From IMG/VR virus record IMGVR_UViG_3300037780_000085, positions 1 through 42,427 of that record: 42,427 nucleotides of DNA; one strand, given 5' to 3'. Made by a program: the position numbers and the translations under genes. Below, piece after piece: positions 1 through 10,233 of this stretch; the first letter of the stretch is position 1; every line of letters starts with the position of its first letter. Source of the DNA: a virus (Duplodnaviria > Caudoviricetes). Below the pieces are notes generated by a model. It was not told the DNA's origin. It saw only the letters and a program-made list of their open reading frames with translations, and made no database searches.

Positions 1-369
1 AAAGTTCAGGTAAATTTGCGATGTGTAATGAAAACCCGGCGGCAAATCTTCGCTGTCGGGGTCAGTCATTTTATAGAGATATTCTGGTACATGATTACCG
101 AACCTATGAAAAAACTCATTGCGATCCAGTACTTCTGCACCCCGAGCATAGAATCCGTCAAACTGTTCGGCAAACTCTCTCAGCGCACGGATCTGGGGTG
201 TGTTTTTTTCTACGCCAGGATTGTAACCTTGTTCAGTGAAGCTGGGCTCTATTTGATAATCATCTCGGCGCGGCCTGGCACGTGTAATCAATATCATTAC
301 AGTACGGCCTTCACCAGTGGCTGTATAGTCAGACACTACATAGCAATTAGGGTCGTTATTGTAATTCAT
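1..369 (-). CDS. hypothetical phage protein (3' end runs off window)
   Basis: ATG at 369, open frame MNYNNDPNCYVVSDYTATGEGRTV... continues to position 1; collinear with neighbouring minus-strand genes. Confidence 0.6.
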   Translation of the reverse strand, partial: MNYNNDPNCYVVSDYTATGEGRTVMILITRARPRRDDYQIEPSFTEQGYNPGVEKNTPQIRALREFAEQFDGFYARGAEVLDRNEFFHRFGNHVPEYLYKMTDPDSEDLPPGFHYTSQIYLNF

Positions 370-377
370 TCGTTAAA

Positions 378-644
378 CTATACGTTTCTATTATACTGTT
401 CGCTGCACTCTTCACTATACTTGATTGATTTTAAAAATTTACTTTGTTCTGTAGATTCGCTCCAAGTTTCGTTGTCATACCACTGACCTTTCCTGCGTAT
501 AATATAGTATGTTTGTTTAACATAGTATTTTTCTAACCATACAAAGTAGTTGTCACCAAGAACTTTAGGAAAATATGCATAACGTTGAATAACACGCTTT
601 GAGTATTCTTCAATTTCTGCTTTAACTGGCATTTTACGTCTCAT
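378..644 (-). CDS. hypothetical protein
   Basis: ORF track; AGGAG SD upstream. Confidence 0.6.
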   Translation of the reverse strand: MRRKMPVKAEIEEYSKRVIQRYAYFPKVLGDNYFVWLEKYYVKQTYYIIRRKGQWYDNETWSESTEQSKFLKSIKYSEECSEQYNRNV

Positions 645-839
645 TTAATTCAATCTCCTTGTGTAATATTTTACAACAACTTTTTTGAAAAGTCTAGAAT
701 TATTTGAACAGATCAGTCCATGCCTTGATAATTACACCACCGAGCCACCAGCCGAGCCACCAGCAGATGATGAAGACAACGACGAAAGCAAGAATTTCCA
801 TGTGATTTCTCTTATTAGGTCTTCAGTAGATGATGCAGT

Positions 840-1232
840 TTATACCAAATCATAACCGGTGCCGGCTAATTCTCGTCTCAGTTGGTTATAGTGTTCGACG
901 CTCCAAGTGCCGTCGATGACACCAATATTTTGGTCAGCAGCATCGGCTACATCTTTTGCTTCTTTGAGACCAAATCGTGTAACACTGCGAATGGCTTTGA
1001 TAGCAGAAATCTTGCTACCGTTGCCCGCATTACTGATTCTCTTTACACGCAGGACGCCACCACTATGACCCATCAGCATTTCCATAAAGATTTGTCGTTG
1101 CAGGCTTGGATCAAACGCATCAAACATACGCTCGATTCGTTCATCGCCTAGTTCGTCGCCGAGTTCTTCTCGAGCAGCACGAACAAAGTCCATAGCTTTC
1201 CAAATAAGATTTTGACTAAACTTGCGTTTCAT
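840..1232 (-). CDS. ribosomal protein L7/L12 C-terminal-domain-containing protein
   Basis: C-terminal KISAIKAIRSVTRFGLKEAKDVAD matches the bL12 CTD motif KIxxIKxxRxxTxLGLKEAKxxV; GGAGG SD. Confidence 0.75.
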   Translation of the reverse strand: MKRKFSQNLIWKAMDFVRAAREELGDELGDERIERMFDAFDPSLQRQIFMEMLMGHSGGVLRVKRISNAGNGSKISAIKAIRSVTRFGLKEAKDVADAADQNIGVIDGTWSVEHYNQLRRELAGTGYDLV

Positions 1233-1268
1233 TGTGCTTCCTCCGCAAAATCGCCTTCGGTTCTTCTA

Positions 1269-1619
1269 TCAAATCGCCTCAAGCCGGCTTTCACCCATTT
1301 CAATACGTTCAATCATGGCTGGACTGTACCAAACACCATCGACAATGATGCCCTGAGTTCCACAGCGAGATATCCATCTAATTAGTTCGTCTCTGAAAGA
1401 ATCAATGTTGCTTGCCCAACGAACCGGTTCGCCAGTACCTAGCATCCAATCTTTTGCCATATACTCAACCACAAACGGTTCATCGACCTCCCCTTTGATG
1501 AACACATGCAATTCTTGTGTGCGGCACTGTAGAGGAGTATTTCGGTCCCACTCCTCATAGGCTTTTTGTTCATCTGTGCGAGGGTCCCACAGCCATTTGA
1601 TTGTGTCGATAATTTTCAT
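1269..1619 (-). CDS. hypothetical protein
   Basis: ORF track; GGAG SD; sigma70-like promoter at ~1650-1678. Confidence 0.7.
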   Translation of the reverse strand: MKIIDTIKWLWDPRTDEQKAYEEWDRNTPLQCRTQELHVFIKGEVDEPFVVEYMAKDWMLGTGEPVRWASNIDSFRDELIRWISRCGTQGIIVDGVWYSPAMIERIEMGESRLEAI

Positions 1620-1705
1620 TCGATTTCTCCGTATGTGTTCTACATTACTAATATAGCACAGACTAGCGAAAACGCAAGAACTATGATTCCTGCGTTTTCA
1701 ACGGT

Positions 1706-2848
1706 TTACATGCCCATCCAAGCAGCACATGCATCCCACTTGACATTGGTGCTGATGTTCTTCTCGATGTGTTTCAACATTAGATCACGAAGATCATGCC
1801 CGTCAAGTTGACGAAAGATGAACTGAGCGTCCGCCTTGTTTGGTAGAGTTGGAACGTATTCCAAAGCAATACGCTTGCGATCATCTTTGTACAACTGCGA
1901 ACAGATGTCACGATCTGCCAAGAGCATGTCTTCCTTGGTTTTGAAAGCCTTCCAGAAGCGCCGTTCAAAATCACGAATGCGATCAACTTGAGCGGCAGGT
2001 AGAGTCGGAATCACATCATCCACCTCTTCATTGATGATGAGATCAACGATGTTACGATCAAAGGTGATACGATCAATGCATTTGTGGATACGCACGTACC
2101 AATCATTCTTGACCTTCAGGCGATGGCCGTCTGCAAATGCGATGATGTCACCTTCACGACCCTCTGCTTCACGCTGCCGAGAGATGTAGTCGATGATATT
2201 ACCCTGCATTGAACCGTAGCGAGGAACCTTAGTGAATGGCGGATCAACCTCTTCGACATAATCAAAAAAGTATTTACCAGACACAGTCTCACGACTACCA
2301 AGATACACAAGGTCCGGCTCTTCGTATGCCAACACGATCTGATTGAATGGACTTACCCACTCGAACAGCGGAGTAATTCCACCCTCAACCATCTCATGCA
2401 ACCATGCTTTCAACGAAGGGTCTTGAGCAGCAAGCCATTCTTCTGCTTGCATAGCAACGTTAGTCACGCCCATCTTGGTAGCAAGACGCAAGTAACCATC
2501 GACAAGAATGGGACGAATCATTGATCCATCCATTTTTTCCATGATAATATGCGGCTGCGACATATCAATCTCGTGAGTCTGAGTCTCAGCCCGTTCATTG
2601 ACATTGAAAAATTTGTGGAAAGGGCGACTCATGATGACTCCATCACGGTCGAAGATGATACCCCTGCATTCCCGTCGAATGGCACCACCGAGATCATCAG
2701 GGCCCGTCATGTCAAACGTATCTGCCATGGCCACAACGTAATTGATAACAGTACCGAAGTCACGCTCTGCCACAACGAATTCTTCACGTCCTTCGATGTG
2801 AGGAAGCACGTCGCTGATGTGACGGATTTCAGGGAATGTGTAATGCAT
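1706..2848 (-). CDS. T4 Rnl1 (RnlA)-like ATP-dependent RNA ligase
   Basis: RECRG, FHKFFN, motif I EKMDGS, FEW, EGDII, KVKN motifs typical of the Rnl1 family. Confidence 0.9.
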   Translation of the reverse strand: MHYTFPEIRHISDVLPHIEGREEFVVAERDFGTVINYVVAMADTFDMTGPDDLGGAIRRECRGIIFDRDGVIMSRPFHKFFNVNERAETQTHEIDMSQPHIIMEKMDGSMIRPILVDGYLRLATKMGVTNVAMQAEEWLAAQDPSLKAWLHEMVEGGITPLFEWVSPFNQIVLAYEEPDLVYLGSRETVSGKYFFDYVEEVDPPFTKVPRYGSMQGNIIDYISRQREAEGREGDIIAFADGHRLKVKNDWYVRIHKCIDRITFDRNIVDLIINEEVDDVIPTLPAAQVDRIRDFERRFWKAFKTKEDMLLADRDICSQLYKDDRKRIALEYVPTLPNKADAQFIFRQLDGHDLRDLMLKHIEKNISTNVKWDACAAWMGM

Positions 2849-3058
2849 TATATTCTCATTTCTTGTTTAAAGATACGTTCGATTTGAAGATAAGTTAGAC
2901 CTTTTACACGGTTACAAAAGTTATGATATTCAGATTGTTCGTAAAGTTCGTTGTCGACAAACCTTTCAAACCAATGATCGACCATTTTTTGGCGACCCTG
3001 TGTTCGGTCATTTCGAGTGTCATACATCTCAGCGCTCTTTGGGTGTATCTATGCTGAT

Positions 3059-3087
3059 ACTATAGCACAAGCATAGACCGTCGTCAA
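3059..3087 (-). promoter_or_regulatory. sigma70-type early promoter
   Basis: TTGACG-N17-TATAGT with TGTGC before the -10; similar elements recur at ~5564-5592, ~6995-7022, ~10158-10186 and ~13955-13982. Confidence 0.6.
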
Positions 3088-3095
3088 CTGGTACA

Positions 3096-3617
3096 TCAAT
3101 CTCTTGCTAAACTGATTGCTCGCAGAGCTTGAACAATGGCCCAGCTTTCTTGATGCATGTGATGATTGAGATCGCCCCAATGTGCATCAGCTTCTTTTGA
3201 CGTAAAGTCATGGCAACCTGCGATAATCGATCCATCAGATTGCAAAGTGAAAGTATATCCATCACTGCGAGTAATAGACAAAGGTGTGGTTGCATATTTA
3301 CCCCTTTTGACCCGAGCATTTCCGAAGACCTGAGCATAGCCGGAGACCCGAGCACTGCCGAAGACATGAGCCGTGCCGAAGACCTGAGCATTGTTGTAGA
3401 CCTCAGCATAGCCGAAGACCCGAGCATTTCCGAAGACCAGAGCATTGCCGGAGACCTGAGTCGTGCCGGAGACCCGAGCACGACCGTAGACCTGAGCATC
3501 AGGCCCGACATAGGCGGTGCCTGCCACACGAGCAGTGTCTGCTACCCAGCCACCACCATTAGGATGCTGGTGAGCAGGGACAGGACCATTGCCGTCCTGG
3601 AAATCAAAAGTAGTCAT
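3096..3617 (-). CDS. hexapeptide-repeat (left-handed beta-helix-like) protein
   Basis: Tandem 6-aa repeats [GN]xA[RQ]V[FSY], encoded by ~18-bp degenerate DNA repeats at 3310-3500. Confidence 0.8.
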   Translation of the reverse strand: MTTFDFQDGNGPVPAHQHPNGGGWVADTARVAGTAYVGPDAQVYGRARVSGTTQVSGNALVFGNARVFGYAEVYNNAQVFGTAHVFGSARVSGYAQVFGNARVKRGKYATTPLSITRSDGYTFTLQSDGSIIAGCHDFTSKEADAHWGDLNHHMHQESWAIVQALRAISLARD

Positions 3618-3639
3618 GATGTATGTTCCTAACTGGTTG

Positions 3640-3670
3640 AAAGAACCGGCAGCGTATCCGCTGCCGGTGT
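3640..3670 (-). terminator. probable intrinsic terminator
   Basis: ACCGGCAGCG-GATA-CGCTGCCGGT hairpin followed by TCTTTC, after the SPFH gene. Confidence 0.55.
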
Positions 3671-3683
3671 TTTCGCAATTGTG

Positions 3684-4574
3684 TCAGTCGCGGTTGACGT
3701 CAACAAATGGTACAGCCGATCCCGGAATCATCTGAGTAGGCAATACTCCATCCCAACGCTGTGCCAGACTGTAGTCGATGAACAGCGGATTACCGGAGAT
3801 TGCATCTTGGATTGATTCAATTCCCTCGGCCTCTGCTTCTGCACGCAACAGCGTCGCACGTGCATCAGCTTCTGCTTGTAGAACAGTTGCTTCCGCTTGA
3901 GCCGCGGCACGCTCGCGTGTTGCATCAGCTTCTGCTGCCGCAGTTTGCACAGACTGTTGAGCCTGCAATTCCTGTTGTTCCAGGAACAGTCGTTCGCGTT
4001 CGGTTACTTCACGCTGTTCTTCACGTGCTAGCACTGCGTTCCAGTAGCGTTCAGGCAGCGAGTAATCATCAAGCTGAATAGACGTGATGATAATGGGCAA
4101 GCCTTCGAGGTTGGACAGTGCCGTTTCCAACATGGTCTCTGCAACTACATTTCGTTCTTGAGCAAGCTCAATCGCGTTGTGCTGACCAATAGCTGCCTTC
4201 AGTGCCTGGTTCAGCCTGGGCAGAATGGTGTTGTTGGCAAACTCATCCGGAGAACCGTAATCGATGAAGATCTCCATGATACGGCTGGGATCCGGACGCC
4301 AGTTCATGCTCCAGGAAACATTGCTGCTCAGCTGGTTGCTGGTTGTTGCAGTAAATGTTCCAACCATTGCACGCTCACGAACATCAAACTCGTTTACGCC
4401 CTGTACGAACGGCGTTTTCCACTGAAGCCCTGCAGGCGTTTCCTGACGCACAGCTTGACCCATGTTGGTGATGACCGCCACTCGGCCCTCGTCAACGATG
4501 TATGCAGCATTGATGCCAGTTGTGAGCAGTGCTACTCCCGCAATCGCTGAAATAATAAGACCAGATTCACTCAT
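3684..4574 (-). CDS. SPFH/band 7/prohibitin family membrane protein
   Basis: N-terminal hydrophobic segment, GLQWKTPF motif, C-terminal AEAEA coiled coil, RWDGVLP tail. Confidence 0.88.
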   Translation of the reverse strand: MSESGLIISAIAGVALLTTGINAAYIVDEGRVAVITNMGQAVRQETPAGLQWKTPFVQGVNEFDVRERAMVGTFTATTSNQLSSNVSWSMNWRPDPSRIMEIFIDYGSPDEFANNTILPRLNQALKAAIGQHNAIELAQERNVVAETMLETALSNLEGLPIIITSIQLDDYSLPERYWNAVLAREEQREVTERERLFLEQQELQAQQSVQTAAAEADATRERAAAQAEATVLQAEADARATLLRAEAEAEGIESIQDAISGNPLFIDYSLAQRWDGVLPTQMIPGSAVPFVDVNRD

Positions 4575-4603
4575 TTAGCTTTCCTTTCTGTTTGGTCGGT
4601 TGA

Positions 4604-4816
4604 TTAGCTGTCTTCTAAGATTTGAGAGATCGCTAAGATTGCAGCCATTGGCAGCAACAGCGCCGTTGCGATCGGAACAAACGCATAATTACTTCTTTCG
4701 GTTTCTTGGTCGATGGTGTCCTCCCATTTTGAGACTCGTTTTTCTACAAAATTCTTACCTACGATATAGCCCATGGGCATACACATGATGTAGATAACAA
4801 GCATCGGTGCTAGCAT
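4604..4816 (-). CDS. small membrane protein
   Basis: Two hydrophobic stretches; AAGGAG SD. Confidence 0.55.
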   Translation of the reverse strand: MLAPMLVIYIMCMPMGYIVGKNFVEKRVSKWEDTIDQETERSNYAFVPIATALLLPMAAILAISQILEDS

Positions 4817-4988
4817 TTTTACTCTCCTTTGATGTTTCTAAATTGCTATTATCGATTATAAAGATTTTTTTCTACTTCATCCCACTTTTCGATCATAAGC
4901 CAAACAGTGTTTTCAAAAGCTTTACCAATCACATACAGAGTGCCGAAAAGCACAACATTGGGCAGTACATAGTGAAGTAAGATTTCCA

Positions 4989-5537
4989 TTATTTGATCCT
5001 CAGTTCTTCGATGTTGACGGGAGTATAGTCAATGGCTTCTACACTGACATTGCGATAAGGTCCTTCCGGACTTGGATTTTGATGGATGTGACCATGAACA
5101 TTTACTAGAGTATCGTGACCATCGGGCCATTTTGCATCTCGATCCACATAGCGTAACAGACTGCTAGGATGCAGTGGAACATGGCTAAACAGCAAGCCAA
5201 ACTCAGGGAACATTCTCCACATTAGAACTTTGGAGAAAAATCCTCCGCTGGTAAGAAACTTGATGTCGTCGTGGTTTCCGACAATCAGTCGTTTGCCGCC
5301 GTTCAGTCGAGGCCAATTCTGTTTGAACCATTCCTTGTCGCCCATTACGACATCACCAAGATGATAAACAATATCACCTGGTTTGACTACCGAGTTCCAG
5401 CGCTCAATCATATGTTCATCCATCTCGTCTACATCTGCAAACCCTGGACGAATGAGCTCGCCGGTACTACTATCGGTGAAGGATAGAATCTTGCTGTGTC
5501 TAAAATGAGTATCACTGATAACCCAGATATCTTTCAT
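4989..5537 (-). CDS. calcineurin-like metallophosphoesterase
   Basis: SDTH, HLGD, GNHD, SHVP, HGHIH motifs. Confidence 0.9.
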   Translation of the reverse strand: MKDIWVISDTHFRHSKILSFTDSSTGELIRPGFADVDEMDEHMIERWNSVVKPGDIVYHLGDVVMGDKEWFKQNWPRLNGGKRLIVGNHDDIKFLTSGGFFSKVLMWRMFPEFGLLFSHVPLHPSSLLRYVDRDAKWPDGHDTLVNVHGHIHQNPSPEGPYRNVSVEAIDYTPVNIEELRIK

Positions 5538-5624
5538 AGTTGCCTCTCTAAAGTTTCCCTAACAGTATAGGAGAAATCACTGGTGCAGTCAAGAGAAAAG
5601 ACGTCCTGGGGCGCCTAAAAGCGT

Positions 5625-5699
5625 TGGTGTCGCTGGAGAGATTCGAACACACAACCCTCGGATTTAATCCGATACTCTATTTAGTTGAGCTACAGAGGC
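5625..5699 (-). pseudogene. degenerate tRNA-like sequence
   Basis: GCCTCTG-TAGCTC..GAGT, TTCGAAT and ACCA end present, but 2 acceptor mismatches, 2 T-stem mismatches and only a 5-nt anticodon loop (TCGGA-TTAAA-TCCGA). Confidence 0.6.
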
Positions 5700-5740
5700 T
5701 TAAATTTTTTACGAAAATATTTATTTAAATAAATATTACT

Positions 5741-6322
5741 ATGAAAATAAATGAATTAATTGGTTTTAAAAAAGACACCGCTTATCAAGCAGCAGTTGAC
5801 ATGGACTCAGACCCTGACGAAGGATATACAGCTTATAGTAAAAATAGTGTAGATCCTATCGTTTCTAGATTAGAATCTTTAGGTTGGAATTTAATCGGTA
5901 AAGGGTATGAAGCTTTGGTTTTTGCTAATACAAATAAAAGCTACGTAATTAAACTTTTTATTCCTTGGGGTAATAGTGTAGATTTTTTAAAATTTATTAT
6001 AAACAATCAATCTAATCCTCATGTTCCTAAACTTAGGGGTAAGCCTGTTAAAATTAAACCCGGGTCTTCAGTTTACATAGCAAGAATGGAAAGACTGGCT
6101 CCTATTAGTAGCGAAACAGATCCAATTTTTTCTCAATACTTGCCATCTGACCAAAACAGTGTTTGGGACCTGTTTGAACCTAATAATGCAAAATGGATTC
6201 AAGAGAATAACCCCGAGTTATATACACTAATAAAGTTTATAAACAATTCTAAAAATGAGCCCGATCTTCATTTAGAAAATATAATGAAGCGTAGAAACAC
6301 TCTTGTGTTTATAGATTTTTAA
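5741..6322 (+). CDS. protein-kinase-like fold protein (AT-rich, late-type)
   Basis: GKGYEALV Gly loop, VIK lysine, MERL hinge, DLHLEN catalytic loop, IDF; TAAATA motif just upstream. Confidence 0.7.
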   Translation: MKINELIGFKKDTAYQAAVDMDSDPDEGYTAYSKNSVDPIVSRLESLGWNLIGKGYEALVFANTNKSYVIKLFIPWGNSVDFLKFIINNQSNPHVPKLRGKPVKIKPGSSVYIARMERLAPISSETDPIFSQYLPSDQNSVWDLFEPNNAKWIQENNPELYTLIKFINNSKNEPDLHLENIMKRRNTLVFIDF

Positions 6323-6416
6323 TTTCTATTATTCCACCATTCTCGCATCGGTTACTTTGGTGAGAAGTTCAGGATATTCTTGTGCCTAAAGTGTGTCTGA
6401 CACGACCCAAATATCT

Positions 6417-6947
6417 TTACTCATTAATGATCTCCATTGTCAAAAGGTTTCCGTGAATATCCCACTCGGTGATGTGTGCAAAGCCTTCCTCCGCAGTGGG
6501 CGCAACATAGCGTTGCACCATGTCGTGAATAACCGGCTCGGGCAGAGTCTTGCCCTCTCGACTGTGCAAGCGCCGATTCCACTCAGCAATGTCTTCCACA
6601 GTTTTGGGCACCGCAATGCTCTCGCACACCACAGTATAGCCCGCCTGCTTCGCGCGGTTGATGATCTTGCGGCGCTTTTTCAGCCCCAGATTGGTTTGAT
6701 CCCAGATGATATCCTGTTTGGAACGAATAGCAATAGCGAGTTTTTCATTCATGAGTTTAGTAGCATAAGCAGCAAATTCAGGCCACGCTTGGTCGTAGGT
6801 GAAATTGTTCTGCGCTGCACAGCGTTCGATCACCTCATCGATGCTGTAAACGAACGCATCAGGATAAGTCTCGAGAACCCGGTGAACAAGAGTGCTCTTG
6901 CCAGCAGCAGGCAACCCCACCATCACAGTGCAAACGGGATTAGACAT
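6417..6947 (-). CDS. P-loop polynucleotide-kinase-like protein (AAA_33 type)
   Basis: VMVGLPAAGKST Walker A, IWDQTNL..R motif, RxxxR lid. Confidence 0.85.
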   Translation of the reverse strand: MSNPVCTVMVGLPAAGKSTLVHRVLETYPDAFVYSIDEVIERCAAQNNFTYDQAWPEFAAYATKLMNEKLAIAIRSKQDIIWDQTNLGLKKRRKIINRAKQAGYTVVCESIAVPKTVEDIAEWNRRLHSREGKTLPEPVIHDMVQRYVAPTAEEGFAHITEWDIHGNLLTMEIINE

Positions 6948-7041
6948 AAATATCTCCTGTGTTGTTCCAAAGTTAAATCAGTTTTCTTACCAACACTATA
7001 ACTTCTTTTACGAGTTCGTCAACCATTAACTCCGTGACCCT

Positions 7042-7293
7042 TTATACTGCCAGGCGTGCTTCTTTGAAAGTCATTTCGTCTATCAATTCGATCTCGGCGT
7101 CGGTTTCGATCCATGCTCGTGCACCGCACTTTAGTTGGGTGCCATCGTACACCATTCGGCTGGGCCCTAGAATGTTCACTTCACGTGCATATCGTGTTTT
7201 GGAACCACTTTTGATTGTATAAACAGGTCGATTGCCGCTATCCCTGGCATTCATAGCAATATGTTGCCTATTAACATGTATAATATGTTTCAT
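7042..7293 (-). CDS. hypothetical phage protein
   Basis: ORF track, phage-like composition. Confidence 0.65.
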   Translation of the reverse strand: MKHIIHVNRQHIAMNARDSGNRPVYTIKSGSKTRYAREVNILGPSRMVYDGTQLKCGARAWIETDAEIELIDEMTFKEARLAV

Positions 7294-7462
7294 GATACGG
7301 TTTTGAAGTCTTTGAATAATGAGGTCATTATCCTACTATCATCCTTGCTATGGCTTCAAACAAGATACTATCTACAATTAGAGCACCAAGATAAAGAATT
7401 GTGGGCTGAAAGTCTCGATTAGTACCAAATGCGTGAGCAAATGCGATTCCGACGGTGATCAT

Positions 7463-7744
7463 TTACGCCACCATGCTCACATCAGTTACTTTGGCGAGAA
7501 GTTCAGGATTCTTGTATAGGCTTACCCATACTTGCACGTCTGCAATATCTGACTCAATCTCAAGGTCATAAGTTTCAGTGTCGTACGTATGGCCGTGATC
7601 GTAAACGGTGTTTCTATTACGTACAGCTCGAACATTATAATCCCAGCCATCAATAGTCACAGTGTCGATGTTGCGAACATCAACGAACGAACCATCTAGT
7701 GTCCAATCATAGTTTTCCCAGTTGTTATTTACTTGAAGTTTCAT
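7463..7744 (-). CDS. hypothetical protein
   Basis: ORF track, collinear. Confidence 0.6.
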   Translation of the reverse strand: MKLQVNNNWENYDWTLDGSFVDVRNIDTVTIDGWDYNVRAVRNRNTVYDHGHTYDTETYDLEIESDIADVQVWVSLYKNPELLAKVTDVSMVA

Positions 7745-7904
7745 TGTTCAATCTCGCAGTTATTTCTCAAGTTCATAACACCACCGTGTTCGATACAAGC
7801 GATCTTTTCTGCACTACGTTGACGTTGAGCATCCATTTCGCAGTATGCGAGAGGCACAACAAGCACGGCAAGTGCTAGTATGGTTTTCCAGTTTAGCCAT
7901 TCCA

Positions 7905-8111
7905 TTAGTTATATCCTCCATAAATTGCTCGTGTACATTCTAAGCGAATTGATTCTTCTGCTTCGTGAACATGATGATGAAGTACAACACCGACACAAGC
8001 AGCCATTGCACTTTCTCGCTCGTGACGGTTTGGACTGTTGTCTTCAATTACTGTATCTTTGCACCCAGCAAGAAAAAGAACCGCGGGAACAACAAGTATA
8101 AGTTTCCACAT
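7905..8111 (-). CDS. putative small lipoprotein
   Basis: Hydrophobic signal followed by LAGC lipobox. Confidence 0.6.
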   Translation of the reverse strand: MWKLILVVPAVLFLAGCKDTVIEDNSPNRHERESAMAACVGVVLHHHVHEAEESIRLECTRAIYGGYN

Positions 8112-8115
8112 TAGA

Positions 8116-8328
8116 TCAATCTACCAGTTGTTTGGGATTTTCCATCCAGTGTGTAAACGGACCTATAACTGTCTTTGCGTTCGGACACATCCAAAATCCT
8201 CCATCTGGATTATACTTGTTTGTCTCGGTTTCAAACCACCTTGCGGTTCTAGCCAAAACTATACTGTTCATTTCAACTATACCTAAAATGAGAGTTCCGT
8301 CTCTTGGTGCTGTTTCAATCTTTTTCAT
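8116..8328 (-). CDS. hypothetical protein (IETAPRDGT...THWM type)
   Basis: Begins with the IETAPxDGT motif and ends with THWM, a pattern common in small phage proteins. Confidence 0.7.
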   Translation of the reverse strand: MKKIETAPRDGTLILGIVEMNSIVLARTARWFETETNKYNPDGGFWMCPNAKTVIGPFTHWMENPKQLVD

Positions 8329-8655
8329 TGTACCAACTCTCTCAGTTGTTGGGGATCACGGCCAATGATCGCGGCCAGCGAGTCAATGGCTTGGTCGATA
8401 CGAATACCGCCATACATTTGTTTAGCATCTTGACGCTCTGCCCAAAGCAGAAAGAACACAAGGTTTGCGAAATGTTCGTTCATTGTGTAACATCCTTTGC
8501 AATACAATATGCTCGCAAATCCGAAATCAGTTCACGGTGAAGTTGCTCAATGGCAGCTTCGCATGATTCACGGTTGGTCATTTCTACTGCTGTTATTCCG
8601 CCTTCGTTATGAGATTGGAATATCAGCACAAGAATATAAGCGCCTGCTGTATTGA

Positions 8656-8889
8656 TCATTCAAAGAGCTCCTCTGCAGCTTCAAGTTCAATCAGTGCATC
8701 GGCATCAATGCACAATCCTCTGTACGTCACACCACCTTGTAGTTCACACTGGTGTTGCCACCCAGAATAGTCTACAAAAGTGATATCATTGGTACAGCCT
8801 CTTATAGACACGATTATGCCCAAAACACAACCTAGAACAATCAGGCGCGCTGACCAAACAAGAACTGTGCTGAGTTGATCCTTGTTCAT
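8656..8889 (-). CDS. small membrane protein
   Basis: One TM segment, then a Cys-containing tail. Confidence 0.55.
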   Translation of the reverse strand: MNKDQLSTVLVWSARLIVLGCVLGIIVSIRGCTNDITFVDYSGWQHQCELQGGVTYRGLCIDADALIELEAAEELFE

Positions 8890-9098
8890 TTTGCGATCCT
8901 ATATTCGAAAATAAACTTTTTCCGGTTGAGGGTACGCTGCATAATACCGCGATCATACAGCCATTGCAGAGCGTGATGATTGTAGTCACCACACCCCTTT
9001 TCATCACGAAAGCTCATGTCAGGGGTAAGTTGAGTAAACACCTTACCCTTGGCTTTTTCGTAAGCCTCGGCGATCACTTTGTTAGGAAACTTGTTCAT
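8886..9098 (-). CDS. hypothetical protein
   Basis: Start MNKFP at 9098 after GAGGAGG SD; overlaps the upstream stop codon. Confidence 0.6.
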   Translation of the reverse strand: MNKFPNKVIAEAYEKAKGKVFTQLTPDMSFRDEKGCGDYNHHALQWLYDRGIMQRTLNRKKFIFEYRIAK

Positions 9099-9315
9099 CA
9101 AAAGTCCTCCTCGCCTTGGTAGCGATAGTTGCGGGGACCATTTACGTCCCATGAAGATATTACCGCACGACGAACGTCCGCAATGAAATCGCAGTCTTCA
9201 TCTGACAATCCCGTTGCAGATTGGATATCATGGTCTTGCATTCCATCCATAATATCGCACAATGCATTTACAAGATCTTGATACGTTGGCATCAAAAGTC
9301 CTCCTCGCCTTGGTA
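9096..9315. repeat. 26-bp direct repeat pair flanking a 65-aa ORF
   Basis: CATCAAAAGTCCTCCTCGCCTTGGTA at 9096-9121 and 9290-9315. Confidence 0.85.
9098..9295 (-). CDS. hypothetical protein
   Basis: ORF track; ends YQGEEDF like the upstream gene. Confidence 0.6.
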   Translation of the reverse strand: MMPTYQDLVNALCDIMDGMQDHDIQSATGLSDEDCDFIADVRRAVISSWDVNGPRNYRYQGEEDF

Positions 9316-9741
9316 AACATTGAACACAAAGATACCGTTATCACGCCACATACGCACAACACGTGGCCTGTCATCAAACACCATGTCGGGCTTCTTGCCA
9401 TAGTCACGGATGATTTCGTCCAGGATTTCCTGCTTCACAATGTCATCACCGCGGAAGTCATCCGCCTTGCGCATGTAGAGCTTTTGGTATCCACTAAGAA
9501 GATTTCGAGCCAACCAATGCTCAGTTGCTTGGCGACTACGCTCATTACGACCGCTTGCGAGAACAATATCATGAATCTCTTGTTCTTGTAGTGCCCAAAA
9601 AATGGCAGCAACAGGCTCATTCAACTCGTCATTCGGGATCCCAGCATCAAACGCAGCCCAGTTCTTGGGCTTGCACCGAACATAGTCGAGACGATGCTCG
9701 ATGTTGGCCAGTGTTCCGTCAATATCAAACACAATCAGCAT
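9292..9741 (-). CDS. HAD-family polynucleotide 3'-phosphatase (T4 PNKP phosphatase domain-like)
   Basis: DIDGTLA, SGR, LYMR..D.R.D..VK, FDDR motifs. Confidence 0.88.
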   Translation of the reverse strand: MLIVFDIDGTLANIEHRLDYVRCKPKNWAAFDAGIPNDELNEPVAAIFWALQEQEIHDIVLASGRNERSRQATEHWLARNLLSGYQKLYMRKADDFRGDDIVKQEILDEIIRDYGKKPDMVFDDRPRVVRMWRDNGIFVFNVYQGEEDF

Positions 9742-10127
9742 TATTCCACATCTCCAAATTTGGCTTTCAAGCGCCGGTACTCTGCATACTCAGCATCTTT
9801 TTTCAACTTGCGTTTCTCAGCCGCGGCTTTGCGTTTTGCTACCTTGCGTTTGGCTTCTGCAGCTTCCCGCTGAGCGCGTTCTTTTTCATTTTCTGCACGT
9901 TCGAAATGGTAGGTGATTTCGGTGGTCCACGACTCAGTATAAAAACCATCATCTACAGTTTCAATGCTGAACCTGCCTTCGCCTACCATGCCCTTTTCTC
10001 GAGCTTCGGCTACAGCGTCATCAATCACAGCTTTTATATCATCGACAGTAGCACCATCCATACTCCAGTGATCGACTTTGATCGATTCCGCAACAACCCA
10101 AACGCCATCTTTGCAACGCGCCGTCAT
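9741..10127 (-). CDS. hypothetical protein
   Basis: ORF track; AGAGG SD; promoter at ~10158-10186. Confidence 0.65.
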   Translation of the reverse strand: MTARCKDGVWVVAESIKVDHWSMDGATVDDIKAVIDDAVAEAREKGMVGEGRFSIETVDDGFYTESWTTEITYHFERAENEKERAQREAAEAKRKVAKRKAAAEKRKLKKDAEYAEYRRLKAKFGDVE

Positions 10128-10233
10128 AACATAATCCTCTGTTTTACTTATACTACTACACTAGCATTAAAACATAGAGCAGTCAAGAGAAAAGGTACAT
10201 CTAGAAATAGATGTACCTTTTTTCTGCTCCATG

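Noticed and set aside
3310-3500. Periodic ~18-bp repeats suggesting CRISPR or a minisatellite
   Set aside because: Explained by hexapeptide repeats in the protein; no repeat-spacer structure
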